Positions 28,210-37,782 of a DNA stretch of 64,000 nucleotides are shown piece after piece; the first letter of the stretch is position 1, and every line of letters starts with the position of its first letter. The notes below the pieces were generated by a model that saw only the letters and a program-made list of their open reading frames with translations, did not search any database and was not told the origin of the DNA. The position numbers and the translations under genes were made by a program. Location: positions 32,001 through 96,000 of IMG/VR virus record IMGVR_UViG_3300010885_036069. One strand, given 5' to 3'. Origin of the DNA: a virus.

Positions 28210-28581
28210 ATGCCCACCTTCGGTGAACTAGCCCAAAATGGCGCAATAGCGATTCTTGAGGAAACCTTGCTTATTCTTCAGAAGCGAGGATGGACTCCTG
28301 GTGTTCACCGGAACATGGTTACCGGTGAGGTTGACATCATTGGGGCAATGGGGATTGCTTCTGGCGTCACGGTTAGTCAGATAGATGACTCGTTCGGCGT
28401 TCCAAGCGAGTTGATCCCACAGGCAAAAAGACCTGCTGTTTTCGTGGCATTAGAGGCTTCTGAGTGGGCCGTAGATTGCGATCTAACGGCTTGGCAGGAT
28501 CAAATAGGTAGATCGTTTACTGATGTTGAAAAAGCCCTTCAGAAGGCGATTGACCATTTAGGGATCGTCGCTTCTTCATAA
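28210..28581 (+). CDS. Hypothetical protein (DUF6197-like)
   Basis: RGWT.G...DIIGAM...AWQDQIGRSFTDV pattern. Confidence 0.55.
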   Translation: MPTFGELAQNGAIAILEETLLILQKRGWTPGVHRNMVTGEVDIIGAMGIASGVTVSQIDDSFGVPSELIPQAKRPAVFVALEASEWAVDCDLTAWQDQIGRSFTDVEKALQKAIDHLGIVASS

Positions 28582-28720
28582 CATCAATCCCTATCCCTCC
28601 GCAGCAAAAGCACGGAGTTTCACCGACCCACCAAACATCGCAGGGTTGACACTCCATGAGGTCTGATGGGATGCCCATATTGTCGTTGAAGATCACCTTC
28701 GGTACTAAAGACTCGCTCAT
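28517..28720 (-). CDS. Small Zn-ribbon protein
   Basis: CQPC...CFCCG. Confidence 0.45.
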   Translation of the reverse strand: MSESLVPKVIFNDNMGIPSDLMECQPCDVWWVGETPCFCCGGIGIDVMKKRRSLNGQSPSEGLFQHQ

Positions 28721-28739
28721 GGGGTAAGTCTAGGGAACT

Positions 28740-28775
28740 AAAAAACCCCTCGGCCCGAAGACCGAGGGGTTTTTC
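28740..28775. terminator. Bidirectional intrinsic terminator after the major capsid gene
   Basis: AAAAACCCCTCGG / CCGAGGGGTTTTT inverted repeat. Confidence 0.85.
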
Positions 28776-28796
28776 AAAGAATCTAACTAGTCAGAT

Positions 28797-30140
28797 TCAG
28801 TCGGGTTGTGCATCAAACGAAACGCTCACAAATGACTCTGGGCGCTTGACCGCAAGGGCAAGACGCTCTTCGGCAAGAACGACGATTGCGTTCCGGACGA
28901 AGAAGTCAGCGTGCTGTTCGCTGATACGGATGGTCGCCTGCTCACGATCATAGAGCTGGGCGCCGGTGCCGAATGCGCCGACAAGGGCTGTGCCTTCGGG
29001 CATTGCGGGGGTGTCAACTACTGGCATGCGCCAGATGCGTGGTTCGCCACCAAGTGCAACTGAAACGGCAACGAGGTACTGACCATTGGTGTCCTTGGTC
29101 AGTTCGATGTCTTCCCAATCGTTGGGGTGAAGAACGACGCCAGTTGGCTCGTAGTAGGCAAGGAACGCCAGAGTTGCTGCACGACGGATCGCATCAGCCT
29201 TGGTGTCCGGAACCGGTGAGGTAGCGCCTGAGGACCAGTCGTAGGTCTGAACACCAGGGGTGTTGAGAACGCCGAGGAGGTTCTCGCCAGTGCCATCACC
29301 CTCAAGGATTTGGTAATCCTCTTGGAGGCGAAGGCCGTAGAGAAGCTCGTTGTCAATGATGGAGCGGAGCTGCGGCTCATCAGCGAGAACGTTGCGGTGT
29401 GCTGCTTCCCAATGGGCAAGGGTCCGGATTGGAGCCTGATGACCTTCAAAGACCATGCTTGACTGTGGCTTTGCGGCGTAGTTTCCACCATCGCGTTCAG
29501 CAACAGTGCTGGCTGCGTTGTTGGCCGTGGTGCCGGGGGTGGTAAAACCAATCATGCGGAAGTATTCAATGACCGCAGCAGTGGTTGTACGCACTGGGAA
29601 GAGGTCACGAACACGACGTGTACGCATGGGAGGAACTACCATCGGGTCACGCTGGATGGTGCCGAATGAACCAGGGGTGCCGGTGGGAAGAGCGCTATAA
29701 ACGTCCTTCTGACCGTACTGACCTGAGGTGAGATCGGCACGAGCAATGGTGAATGGGGAAGGCATGTTGGCGCCATTGCGGCCACCATCAAGGGACTTGA
29801 ACTCTGCTGAGTCAAGGAAAGCCTGACCAAGTGTCTTTGCTGAGTAACCAGCAAGTGAACCCTGGCTTGATGCCCAAGCGTCAACAACGCTGGCGACTGA
29901 TTCGCCTGCGGGCTGGCTGCCCCACTGTGCGGCTGACTTCATTTCTTCAAGACCCTCAATGAGGCCCTTGATTTCCTTGATGTCAGACATGTTGCGGTCA
30001 AATGCTGACTTCTGCTCAGCGGACACAACAACAGTGCCATCTTCAATCTTAAATGAATCAGCAATTTCCTTATTGCTGGCCATCTTTTCACGCATTGCTG
30101 ACTGAAGTTCGTTCAGTCGGCCTTCGTCATCGAAAGACAT
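28797..30140 (-). CDS. Major capsid protein, HK97 fold
   Basis: Coiled-coil delta domain; RVRDLF, IRTLAHW, EDYQILEGDGTG, FVRNAIVVLAEERLALAVKRPESF. Confidence 0.95.
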   Translation of the reverse strand: MSFDDEGRLNELQSAMREKMASNKEIADSFKIEDGTVVVSAEQKSAFDRNMSDIKEIKGLIEGLEEMKSAAQWGSQPAGESVASVVDAWASSQGSLAGYSAKTLGQAFLDSAEFKSLDGGRNGANMPSPFTIARADLTSGQYGQKDVYSALPTGTPGSFGTIQRDPMVVPPMRTRRVRDLFPVRTTTAAVIEYFRMIGFTTPGTTANNAASTVAERDGGNYAAKPQSSMVFEGHQAPIRTLAHWEAAHRNVLADEPQLRSIIDNELLYGLRLQEDYQILEGDGTGENLLGVLNTPGVQTYDWSSGATSPVPDTKADAIRRAATLAFLAYYEPTGVVLHPNDWEDIELTKDTNGQYLVAVSVALGGEPRIWRMPVVDTPAMPEGTALVGAFGTGAQLYDREQATIRISEQHADFFVRNAIVVLAEERLALAVKRPESFVSVSFDAQPD

Positions 30141-30207
30141 TTTTTTTGCTCCTGTAAGAGAAAGGGGGTGTGTGAGATTTCTAACCTGATTTGACGATTT
30201 GACCCGT

Positions 30208-30230
30208 CGGCTCAGGTAAGCACCCAGCCG
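30208..30230 (-). promoter_or_regulatory. Stem-loop in the capsid gene leader
   Basis: CGGCU-GGGU-GCUU-ACCU-G-AGCCG about 70 nt upstream of the capsid start. Confidence 0.45.
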
Positions 30231-30299
30231 CAATATCGCGTCAAGTATTTAATTTATACGCTCATATCAGTGTTCTGGCGCAACTACTGATGAATGAGG

Positions 30300-30452
30300 C
30301 TATTTTACCTTGCTGATGCCTTTTCCAACTTCACGCATAATATCTGTTAGTGCTTGCTGTTGTTCTTCAATGGTCATTTTTTCATAGCCTTCTGGCAGTT
30401 TAAAAAGACCAAATCCAGCAGATTTTTCAGGCTTTTTTTGCGATTTTGGCAT
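30300..30452 (-). CDS. 50-aa hypothetical protein absent from the ORF track
   Basis: GAGG RBS; MPKSQKKPEKSAGFGLFKLPEGYEKMTIEEQQQALTDIMREVGKGISKVK. Confidence 0.55.
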   Translation of the reverse strand: MPKSQKKPEKSAGFGLFKLPEGYEKMTIEEQQQALTDIMREVGKGISKVK

Positions 30453-30669
30453 TGTACTTTTTCCTCATGGGTTCAAGGGCAGCGTTAATTTCCAAAGCAC
30501 GCTCTTCACTAATGCCTAGTGCTTCAAGTGCAGGATTCTTTGGATCAATTATTTTCATAATGTCATCAAAGGTGATGTCGTCAACTGGGACATACTCAGG
30601 ACTGTCGTCCTCGTACTCCTTATTTGGTTGACGAACCTTGAGTCGTGGCGCTCGGGATTTCTTGCTCAT
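30427..30669 (-). CDS. Small hypothetical protein after the glycosylase-like gene
   Basis: ATGA overlap with the upstream gene. Confidence 0.6.
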   Translation of the reverse strand: MSKKSRAPRLKVRQPNKEYEDDSPEYVPVDDITFDDIMKIIDPKNPALEALGISEERALEINAALEPMRKKYNAKIAKKA

Positions 30670-33317
30670 TTGAGAGTTGCTCCTGATAATGCTCCGGATG
30701 CTGAGTCTAGACCTTCACCGAAGGGGGCGCGTCTGTGAGCAACCCAGAGAATCGCCTGCAACTGAGGAAGGTCAAGAACATCAAGGGCTTTCAGGCCACG
30801 CTTTTCTCGAGCTTTGTTGATGACCTCAAGTCGCTCATTAAACCGTTCAAGGGTCTGCTTAAGCGCAATTTGAAAGATCGGATAGGTTCCAACCGTTCCT
30901 TCTGAAACCGAAGTTGGATTTTCAAAGATCGTCTTTCCGGCTTCTCCAGTGATCTTTTTCCCCGTGCCGATGCTTGACATGTGGACATCAATTGTTGTGT
31001 CTCGGCTTTCAAACGGGAACATGATGTTGTTATAGAAAGATCTAACTTTATGCTTTCCGCCAAGAGCGGAGTCAAGATAATTCGGAGATACATCTTCAGC
31101 CGCTAGTGAAAGAGCCTTCCGGAGATTGTCCCAGGACTGCCACTGGACCGCCTCGTATACGGGTTCACCTTCAAGGATAGTTTTTTCGGTATTCAGGATT
31201 ACCTGATTGGGTCGCCAATCTTTGCCCTCATGATCAATCGTGAGTTGCGATCCGTATCCACGAAGACCAAGAGCGAGTACATCAAGTCCCTTCTCGTCAG
31301 ATAGGAGTTCCTTTACGCTCTTACCCTTGAAACTGCTGGCATCCACATCTAGGAACTTAGGAAGATTTGCCGTATTTCCGGAGGCGTATTCCTTCATCTT
31401 CGTTGTGTAATCGGCAACTCTCATCGCATCAACGAGGGCGATGAACTCATCGTCAATGACTCTGTTCTGATCAATGAAGTCAGTCACCCACTTGGCCTGC
31501 CATACATTTTGATCCCAAGAACGACTTGGGGAGAGAACTGCCATCATTCCAGCAGCCTGCCAAGACTCAATTCCTAGTGTCTTGGCCATATCATCAATCA
31601 TCTTGCGAGCCTCGGGATACCAAGTAAGTCCATCTTCTAGGTCTTGTTCGGTAACAGACTCAAGAAGGGCATCAAATCTTGCTGCAATGTCGTCTACATT
31701 ACCGACATCTTTCCCGTAGGTCTTGTTGAGGATTTCAGTCAATTTGTCAATGTGTTCTTGACTGATCCTGTCAACGGCAAATTCATCAAATCCGTCAGTT
31801 TTTGGCTTGTTGTCACGAATCTGAACTCTAGGTTCTTGCTGAATTTGCTCAATTTCTCTATCGCTAGAGGCGATGCGATTAATCTCACGGAGTTCAAAGG
31901 TGAGGTCGGCATATTCGCCACCAGTACCACCGCTGCCTAGAAATGCGGTGTCCATTTTCCCAGCCTCTAGGTCATCAAGATTTGTGATTGCAATTTGATC
32001 ACGATCTTTCCCGAGCTGAACAGCCTCATTATCACTAACTTCCTGCTTGTCAAAGACATCCACAACATCCAAGTAGAGCCACTTGTTACCGGCATCGTCT
32101 GCCTCAACCCAGCCGCCAAAGAATGTGCCGATACTTCGGTCGTCTTCCGGTTCGGCAAATCGACCGTTTTTCAGGCTGTCGCCAATGTATGCATGAAGGA
32201 TTGCTACGGCCTCCGGCTTTGGATTTTCCCCGTCAAAGAAGTCACTTAAGGAAATTCTGATCCCTTGATTCTTCCGAGCAATAGCCCACCCGGAAGTTGG
32301 CTGGTTTCCAGACAGCGGGCTAATGGTGATACCACCGTTGGCTTCAATGTGATCAAGAACTCCACGACGAAAATCCTTAATCTTTGGACTGTTACCGGTG
32401 AGGTCTGAAAAGTCTTCATACTTTCCGCTTACGGTTTCAAGAATCTTTTTGAATCTGATCTTTTCAACATCAGTAATTGGAAAGTTTGCTGCTTCTGTGA
32501 GTTTCTTAGAAGGTTTCTTGCCGCCAGCAATTGAGGAGATTACTTCTCTATGGGCAGCCCGAGTGAGGACTTGGCGTCCAATCATCTGACCACGAGAACC
32601 TGCGGGGTTCATGCACCCCTCGCCCTCCATGTTCGTGAACTGCATTGCATTGAGCGTTCCTGGCGGGCAACGCATAATTCCAAGTTGATCAACAATGATG
32701 CGTCCACGACGAACACCCTCAGTTACGCCTACGGACTGACGCTTACTGATCTTGTCAAGTTTCTTGAATTTAAGTAAATCATATGAATAGTTTTTGCTCT
32801 GTTCTTGGTTTTTCCAAGGATGATCAGCAGCAAGCAAATCATTGTCCGCCGTGTACGTACGATTCTTTGAGGTTCCCGAAATCAGCAGTTTTAAAAAGTT
32901 AGAAACACGAAGTTCTGCTTTTTCAAGTTGTTTAGTTTGTGGTTCGTCTGGATTTAGTCCATTTTCAAGACCGCGACCATATACTGAAATTAAAATCTTG
33001 GGTGAAGTCTTGCTCCACTCCGGCTTACTTAGTCGAGTCATATTGCGATTATGGACTCGCGCTCGTTTGGTGAGTTGCTGTCTAGTGATATCCGGAATCT
33101 TGATAGAAGGAATACCTGAAGGTTTATTGAGTTCCTTAGGATCTTCAGTTTGATCCATCTTTGCGGAAATTGGCGCGCTTACGAGGCCGCCATCGGGGAG
33201 GGTTTCAATCCCAATGATCGGCTTCTCGGAAAGTTGTTCCCATACCTTTTTGGAGGCCTTACGACTTGATTTCTTGCCCCTTTTGCGTGCCGGCTTCCGG
33301 TTAACTGGACGAGCCAT
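30666..33317 (-). CDS. Polyprotein: N-terminal domain, CPPG tag, unknown domain, C-terminal HhH-glycosylase-like (DUF7178-like) domain
   Basis: RCPPGTLNAMQFTNMEGEGC; WYPEAR...AVLSP..SW..N...KVRSFYNNI...TIDVH...QLQAILW. Confidence 0.7.
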   Translation of the reverse strand: MARPVNRKPARKRGKKSSRKASKKVWEQLSEKPIIGIETLPDGGLVSAPISAKMDQTEDPKELNKPSGIPSIKIPDITRQQLTKRARVHNRNMTRLSKPEWSKTSPKILISVYGRGLENGLNPDEPQTKQLEKAELRVSNFLKLLISGTSKNRTYTADNDLLAADHPWKNQEQSKNYSYDLLKFKKLDKISKRQSVGVTEGVRRGRIIVDQLGIMRCPPGTLNAMQFTNMEGEGCMNPAGSRGQMIGRQVLTRAAHREVISSIAGGKKPSKKLTEAANFPITDVEKIRFKKILETVSGKYEDFSDLTGNSPKIKDFRRGVLDHIEANGGITISPLSGNQPTSGWAIARKNQGIRISLSDFFDGENPKPEAVAILHAYIGDSLKNGRFAEPEDDRSIGTFFGGWVEADDAGNKWLYLDVVDVFDKQEVSDNEAVQLGKDRDQIAITNLDDLEAGKMDTAFLGSGGTGGEYADLTFELREINRIASSDREIEQIQQEPRVQIRDNKPKTDGFDEFAVDRISQEHIDKLTEILNKTYGKDVGNVDDIAARFDALLESVTEQDLEDGLTWYPEARKMIDDMAKTLGIESWQAAGMMAVLSPSRSWDQNVWQAKWVTDFIDQNRVIDDEFIALVDAMRVADYTTKMKEYASGNTANLPKFLDVDASSFKGKSVKELLSDEKGLDVLALGLRGYGSQLTIDHEGKDWRPNQVILNTEKTILEGEPVYEAVQWQSWDNLRKALSLAAEDVSPNYLDSALGGKHKVRSFYNNIMFPFESRDTTIDVHMSSIGTGKKITGEAGKTIFENPTSVSEGTVGTYPIFQIALKQTLERFNERLEVINKAREKRGLKALDVLDLPQLQAILWVAHRRAPFGEGLDSASGALSGATLK

Positions 33318-33552
33318 TGCTGCCCGAAGCCCTTTCCTCGTGATTGCGTTTTTCTTCCATCTTTTTTAGGTAGGCGTTCATAGCCCTAGTGGCAATAGCA
33401 GCGCTGCTCAGCCGGAGTGGGCCTATTTCTATGTCATTTACAAAATCACCGGTCAGGGGATCAGTAGGTGATCCAACGTTAATCACGGTTGGAAATTGCT
33501 GTAGATATTCAGCAAGGTTGTCTGGTTCTTTTGACGGTTCTTTTTCAGCCAT
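33301..33552 (-). CDS. Small hypothetical protein after the peptidase polyprotein
   Basis: Overlaps both neighbouring genes. Confidence 0.6.
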   Translation of the reverse strand: MAEKEPSKEPDNLAEYLQQFPTVINVGSPTDPLTGDFVNDIEIGPLRLSSAAIATRAMNAYLKKMEEKRNHEERASGSNGSSS

Positions 33553-36500
33553 TTGGCACAACCTTAACTTTTAGTCCAATAAGAAGCGATTGCAGGGACT
33601 TGCCGCCGCTTGATTCTAGAGCCTTGATTATGTACTCAGTGAGCAACCATGCTCGATCTTCTTTTTTAAGAAGGCCAGCCTCGCGTGCGGTAAACAGTTC
33701 CGCCAGCATTTCAGCCCACATCGTGCTTCCGTAGTCTGAATTGTTATTTATCCAATCTGCGCTAGCAAGAATAAGCTCATCAAGGACACTGGGATCAACG
33801 TCGCTACCTTCAAGCAATTTCTTAATCGGTATACCCATAAAGATGCCGGTGTTTTTTTGCTCTTTAAGGGTTCTGCCGCCTGCGAATGCTTCTCCCTCAA
33901 TTTCACGGTTTTGGTTTCTGCCAGTGAAATACAAAGCGTGGTCCCCCCTGAAGGGGGCAATCATGGAGTAAGGGACGAAGAGTCCATACGATATCAAAGT
34001 TTCTTCTATTTCTTTAGATGCTTGTTGACGCTCAATATCCGAGTTTGAACCCAAGAGTTTTCCTGAGAGTTCTTCTAACTTGGCAACGAGCTGCCGAGAA
34101 TCTTGTTTTATCTTCGCATTTTTTTGCCCAATCGGTCCAGCATTTGCTTGAATTGTTTTAGCAATATCTGACGCAGCCCCCGCCATCATCAACTGCCAAA
34201 CCATTTGCGGTTCTTCTATTTCCGCTTCTTCAAGAAGGGCAATGTAGTTGCGTTTGAATTCTTCGTAGTCCTGAACACCCCTACCCCTATCTCTAAGTAT
34301 TTCTACTGGGTATTTGTCGCTTTTGAATGTTCGATAAACTATTGCGTCATGCAAAACGTGGGCGACTTCGTGACTTACCGTCAGTTCAGATGTAATCGTT
34401 AGAACTTGATCTGAAATTTTTTCTGCGTCATTCGTTTTAGCCTTACGCTTTTTTTCAAGCGCAACGCCGGCGGCGATGCTTCTATTTTTATCCTTAGTAG
34501 AAAATTGATTAGCCGCAATTATTGACATATGGTGATTCAAAATTAGTTGCTTACGCCCAAAAGCACCGCCAACTGTAGAATAATCCTGTAATGGGCCTTC
34601 ATCAAGTTGCCCATAAATAACTTCATTTAGAAGTTTTGAAGACTCTGGATGTTCTAATGACCAATCAAGTAGTTTCATTGTTTGTGAATAGATTGCGAGC
34701 ATTTGAGTATCAATTTCATCAACAATGATGTCTTTGATCGCTTCACCAGTTGCCGAGTCTTCCTCAATTCCTGCCAATTGATCCCTACCCATGAAGTAAT
34801 TCAACTCAAAACTTTGAAGTTCGGGGAATGCTTTCATCAAAGCGGTTTTGACATCTTCAACTGTTTTTATTTCGCCAAATTCTTTTTGAATTTTTTCAAC
34901 ATCAGCAGTCGCTGACTTTGCATATAAAGAAATAACGCGACTTGAAAACATTGAAAATGGGCTGTCTTTAATTTGCTCTTTATCTGAAAACATCCCATCA
35001 AAACTTGAGGGACCATCTTTATCTGAACGTAACCAAGTTCTGCGGATTGACCTCTCAAGCCGACCAGGAGAAAGTTTTTTGATGCTCTCTATGGCAGAAG
35101 TCTTTTCTTCTTCATTTGCTTTTTCAGAAAACTCAACGGCAGGGAATTTCAGAACAACTTTTTGCACTTTAAGCGTTGTTTTTTTTCGTTGATTGACTCG
35201 ACCCTTGTCAATCAAGTCCTTTGGGGCGTCCTCCCTTGAAATAGGAGTACCGGAAGTTACTTGCCCAGCAATTCGATCTTGTCTGTTCTTTTTTTGTTTC
35301 TTTTTCTGAACCGGACGATTAAGTCGCATTATCTGCATGCCCTGATTTGCGCTGCGAGCAAGAGATGGGCGTTCGTTTGTGGTTCCATCTTGAACTATTC
35401 CGTCACCGTCGGCATCCACAGCATTGCCATCAAACGGTTCAACGATCTTGCGAATCTTGCGCGCTTTTCTAATATTTCGGATTTTATTCAGGCTTTTTGC
35501 GTGAACATCAGCAAGCATCGCCAGTGATTTTCCGCCAATGGCTTCAAATGATTCTTCAAAAAGTTGAAGAAGTTTCCAAGGTGAGCCATCAGACTCTTTA
35601 AGATACCCAAGAGCCTTGAAGGAGTAGAGTTCCGCAAAAGCCTCGGCAACCGAAACGCTTCCATACTGAGATCGATCGGACATGAACCTAAGTGCTTCTT
35701 TAAGCAATTGCTTCGTTTCCGAAAGGGAAATGTCAATATCCGCCTTTTCAAACATCCGATAAAGCACAAATGCCGGCATATTGAATGGATTGTCATTGAT
35801 CTGCAAGGTCGTTGTATTCATGGGCATAAAGGCATTGCCCTGCTTCGGCTTCTTTGAGTAAAGTCCGCGTCCAGAAATTGGAGCAAAAAGTAGAAAGCCT
35901 GGACTCATTCCATAAGACTTCATTTTGTCTAGCATTGAAGATGAAATTGATCGGATTTCATCTGGATCTGTAGCGCTTTCAAGCCTTGCGGCATCGTCTG
36001 CCCATGAGGTGGAGGCCCATGATCCGCGAGTGATTTCTTGTCGATTTTCAAGGTCTTTAATGTTCAGTGCCATTTCACGCCAACCGTTAATAACGAGTTG
36101 ACGTATAAGTTCATCCGGATCATCAACCCCGAGTTCGGCGTACTGCTTTCTAGCAGCAGCAATAGCAGCAGAAGAGGTTTGTCGAGTTTCTCCAAACGCA
36201 GTCCAACTCTGAGCATCCCCGCCGATTCCTCGTGCCATGCCGCTGAACCAATGGGCATGCCCAAACTCATGTTCATGAGTCGCATCAATCATGGCGAGCA
36301 GGCCTTGAATTGAGTCGGGTGGAAATTCATCCGCCTGCTGGAAACTCACGTTCCAGGGTCGTCCCTGATCGTCTGTAGTTCTATTTCTGGTGGTATAGCT
36401 CTTCATAATCGTGCCAAGAGCCACACTTACTAAAAATGTGGTTGCATCTCTGTCAATATCAAGATTGTTTAAGTTTTCATTCCATGTGTACTCACCACTT

Positions 36501-37462
36501 AAATCTGTAACAGACATGGCCACGGGTCGTCCCATATGACCAAGTTGACCACCGACTCCAAGAGCTTTGACCTGAGGATTCTGATTTCCTATTTCTAGAT
36601 TTGTAAAAGAGGATGCTGTCCTTGGATTGTTATCCCCCCATTGCAGCATCTTGAGCATTTCAAAACGAACAGCCGCCATTGATGGATCAATTTCATCAAA
36701 AAACATTTCTGCTTTCATGGGCGTATCTAGTCGCCCGTTAAACATTTGCTGGGTAATTGGAAAATTAATAAGAATGCTTCCGGCACCGGTATTTGGGTAG
36801 GCCTTGTTGAGGGCAGCCTGAAGATCTAAAATCGTGTCAAGTTTCCCGTATTTTGCTTCCAGCTCTTTGAAGTTGATCCCTGGATGAGCATCAACAATTT
36901 CTCTAACTCTTGGGGAAAAGGTGTTTAGGATTGAGTCGCTAAATTTGATTCCATCAAATATTGGATATGTATCTGCGTCCGTATTGGGCCTAAAACTTAA
37001 AAACGGGAATATCTTAGAATTGATTGCAAGATTGGCTGACATCTTGAGTCCGACCAATCTACTTTTTACGTCTGCAACTTCCTGCTTGGTCATGCGTCGA
37101 TGCATCGGCACCCTCTTGCCGAAGACATTTGCATTTACAGCAGCGCGAGGATCACCAACTGCTTCATCAATAGCGGTATCCGTGGGTCTTTCTTTCAGTT
37201 TCTTACGTCTGCGCTTCGGCACGCCAACTGGACGATCTGAATATGGCCCCTTACGAGGCACTGATTTCGGACCTTTATCACCAGTCAAAGCACTTGGGAC
37301 GCTAGGGGTCGCTGGTCGCTCAAAAGCGGTCCCCTCTTGGACCGTCCCATCATTGTCCCCATCAATGGCATCGGCATCAAATGGTTCAGAAGCACGCGCG
37401 ACGGAGCGAACTGACCGCCGAGCAGATCCAAGTTTCTGGAGCCTCTTCCCAAATGATTTCAT
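33545..37462 (-). CDS. 1305-aa polyprotein: two (DxDxDG tag + zinc metallopeptidase) modules
   Basis: PFDADAIDGDNDGTVQEGT and PFDGNAVDADGDGIVQDGT; HEFGH + SQYG...EAFAE; HEVAH + SDYG...EMLAE; both modules end in GGKSL. Confidence 0.75.
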   Translation of the reverse strand: MKSFGKRLQKLGSARRSVRSVARASEPFDADAIDGDNDGTVQEGTAFERPATPSVPSALTGDKGPKSVPRKGPYSDRPVGVPKRRRKKLKERPTDTAIDEAVGDPRAAVNANVFGKRVPMHRRMTKQEVADVKSRLVGLKMSANLAINSKIFPFLSFRPNTDADTYPIFDGIKFSDSILNTFSPRVREIVDAHPGINFKELEAKYGKLDTILDLQAALNKAYPNTGAGSILINFPITQQMFNGRLDTPMKAEMFFDEIDPSMAAVRFEMLKMLQWGDNNPRTASSFTNLEIGNQNPQVKALGVGGQLGHMGRPVAMSVTDLSGEYTWNENLNNLDIDRDATTFLVSVALGTIMKSYTTRNRTTDDQGRPWNVSFQQADEFPPDSIQGLLAMIDATHEHEFGHAHWFSGMARGIGGDAQSWTAFGETRQTSSAAIAAARKQYAELGVDDPDELIRQLVINGWREMALNIKDLENRQEITRGSWASTSWADDAARLESATDPDEIRSISSSMLDKMKSYGMSPGFLLFAPISGRGLYSKKPKQGNAFMPMNTTTLQINDNPFNMPAFVLYRMFEKADIDISLSETKQLLKEALRFMSDRSQYGSVSVAEAFAELYSFKALGYLKESDGSPWKLLQLFEESFEAIGGKSLAMLADVHAKSLNKIRNIRKARKIRKIVEPFDGNAVDADGDGIVQDGTTNERPSLARSANQGMQIMRLNRPVQKKKQKKNRQDRIAGQVTSGTPISREDAPKDLIDKGRVNQRKKTTLKVQKVVLKFPAVEFSEKANEEEKTSAIESIKKLSPGRLERSIRRTWLRSDKDGPSSFDGMFSDKEQIKDSPFSMFSSRVISLYAKSATADVEKIQKEFGEIKTVEDVKTALMKAFPELQSFELNYFMGRDQLAGIEEDSATGEAIKDIIVDEIDTQMLAIYSQTMKLLDWSLEHPESSKLLNEVIYGQLDEGPLQDYSTVGGAFGRKQLILNHHMSIIAANQFSTKDKNRSIAAGVALEKKRKAKTNDAEKISDQVLTITSELTVSHEVAHVLHDAIVYRTFKSDKYPVEILRDRGRGVQDYEEFKRNYIALLEEAEIEEPQMVWQLMMAGAASDIAKTIQANAGPIGQKNAKIKQDSRQLVAKLEELSGKLLGSNSDIERQQASKEIEETLISYGLFVPYSMIAPFRGDHALYFTGRNQNREIEGEAFAGGRTLKEQKNTGIFMGIPIKKLLEGSDVDPSVLDELILASADWINNNSDYGSTMWAEMLAELFTAREAGLLKKEDRAWLLTEYIIKALESSGGKSLQSLLIGLKVKVVPNG

Positions 37463-37782
37463 TGACCTGAATCCCAGCCTCTAAGGATTTCAGCAATTTC
37501 ATCACGCTTTTCATCGGAGAGTTCAAAGAGATCGCCAGCGGGAGAATAGGTCATGCGAATGAAGTAATTGAATTGTTCCCAAGCGTTGTGCTTGATTTCG
37601 CCAGATCTAAGTTCATCTTTATACTTATTGAGGCGCGCTTCTATGGGTGAGTTCGGGAGCGGGTAAATATTAGTTTGCCCATCGTCATATATAAAAATTG
37701 CTTGAGCATCTTCTTTTTTCTTTTGGGATTTTGGCTTGAAGATGTACAAACCCCAATTCATTTTTGTTGGATCTTTAGCCAT
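37459..37782 (-). CDS. Small hypothetical protein after the kinase gene
   Basis: Overlaps the kinase stop codon and the next start. Confidence 0.65.
   Translation of the reverse strand: MAKDPTKMNWGLYIFKPKSQKKKEDAQAIFIYDDGQTNIYPLPNSPIEARLNKYKDELRSGEIKHNAWEQFNYFIRMTYSPAGDLFELSDEKRDEIAEILRGWDSGQ

Noticed and set aside
30427-30452. Second frameshift at the A7 run ending ORF 30427-30669
   Set aside because: The downstream frame has its own ATG at 30452 with a GAGG RBS, so no frameshift is needed.
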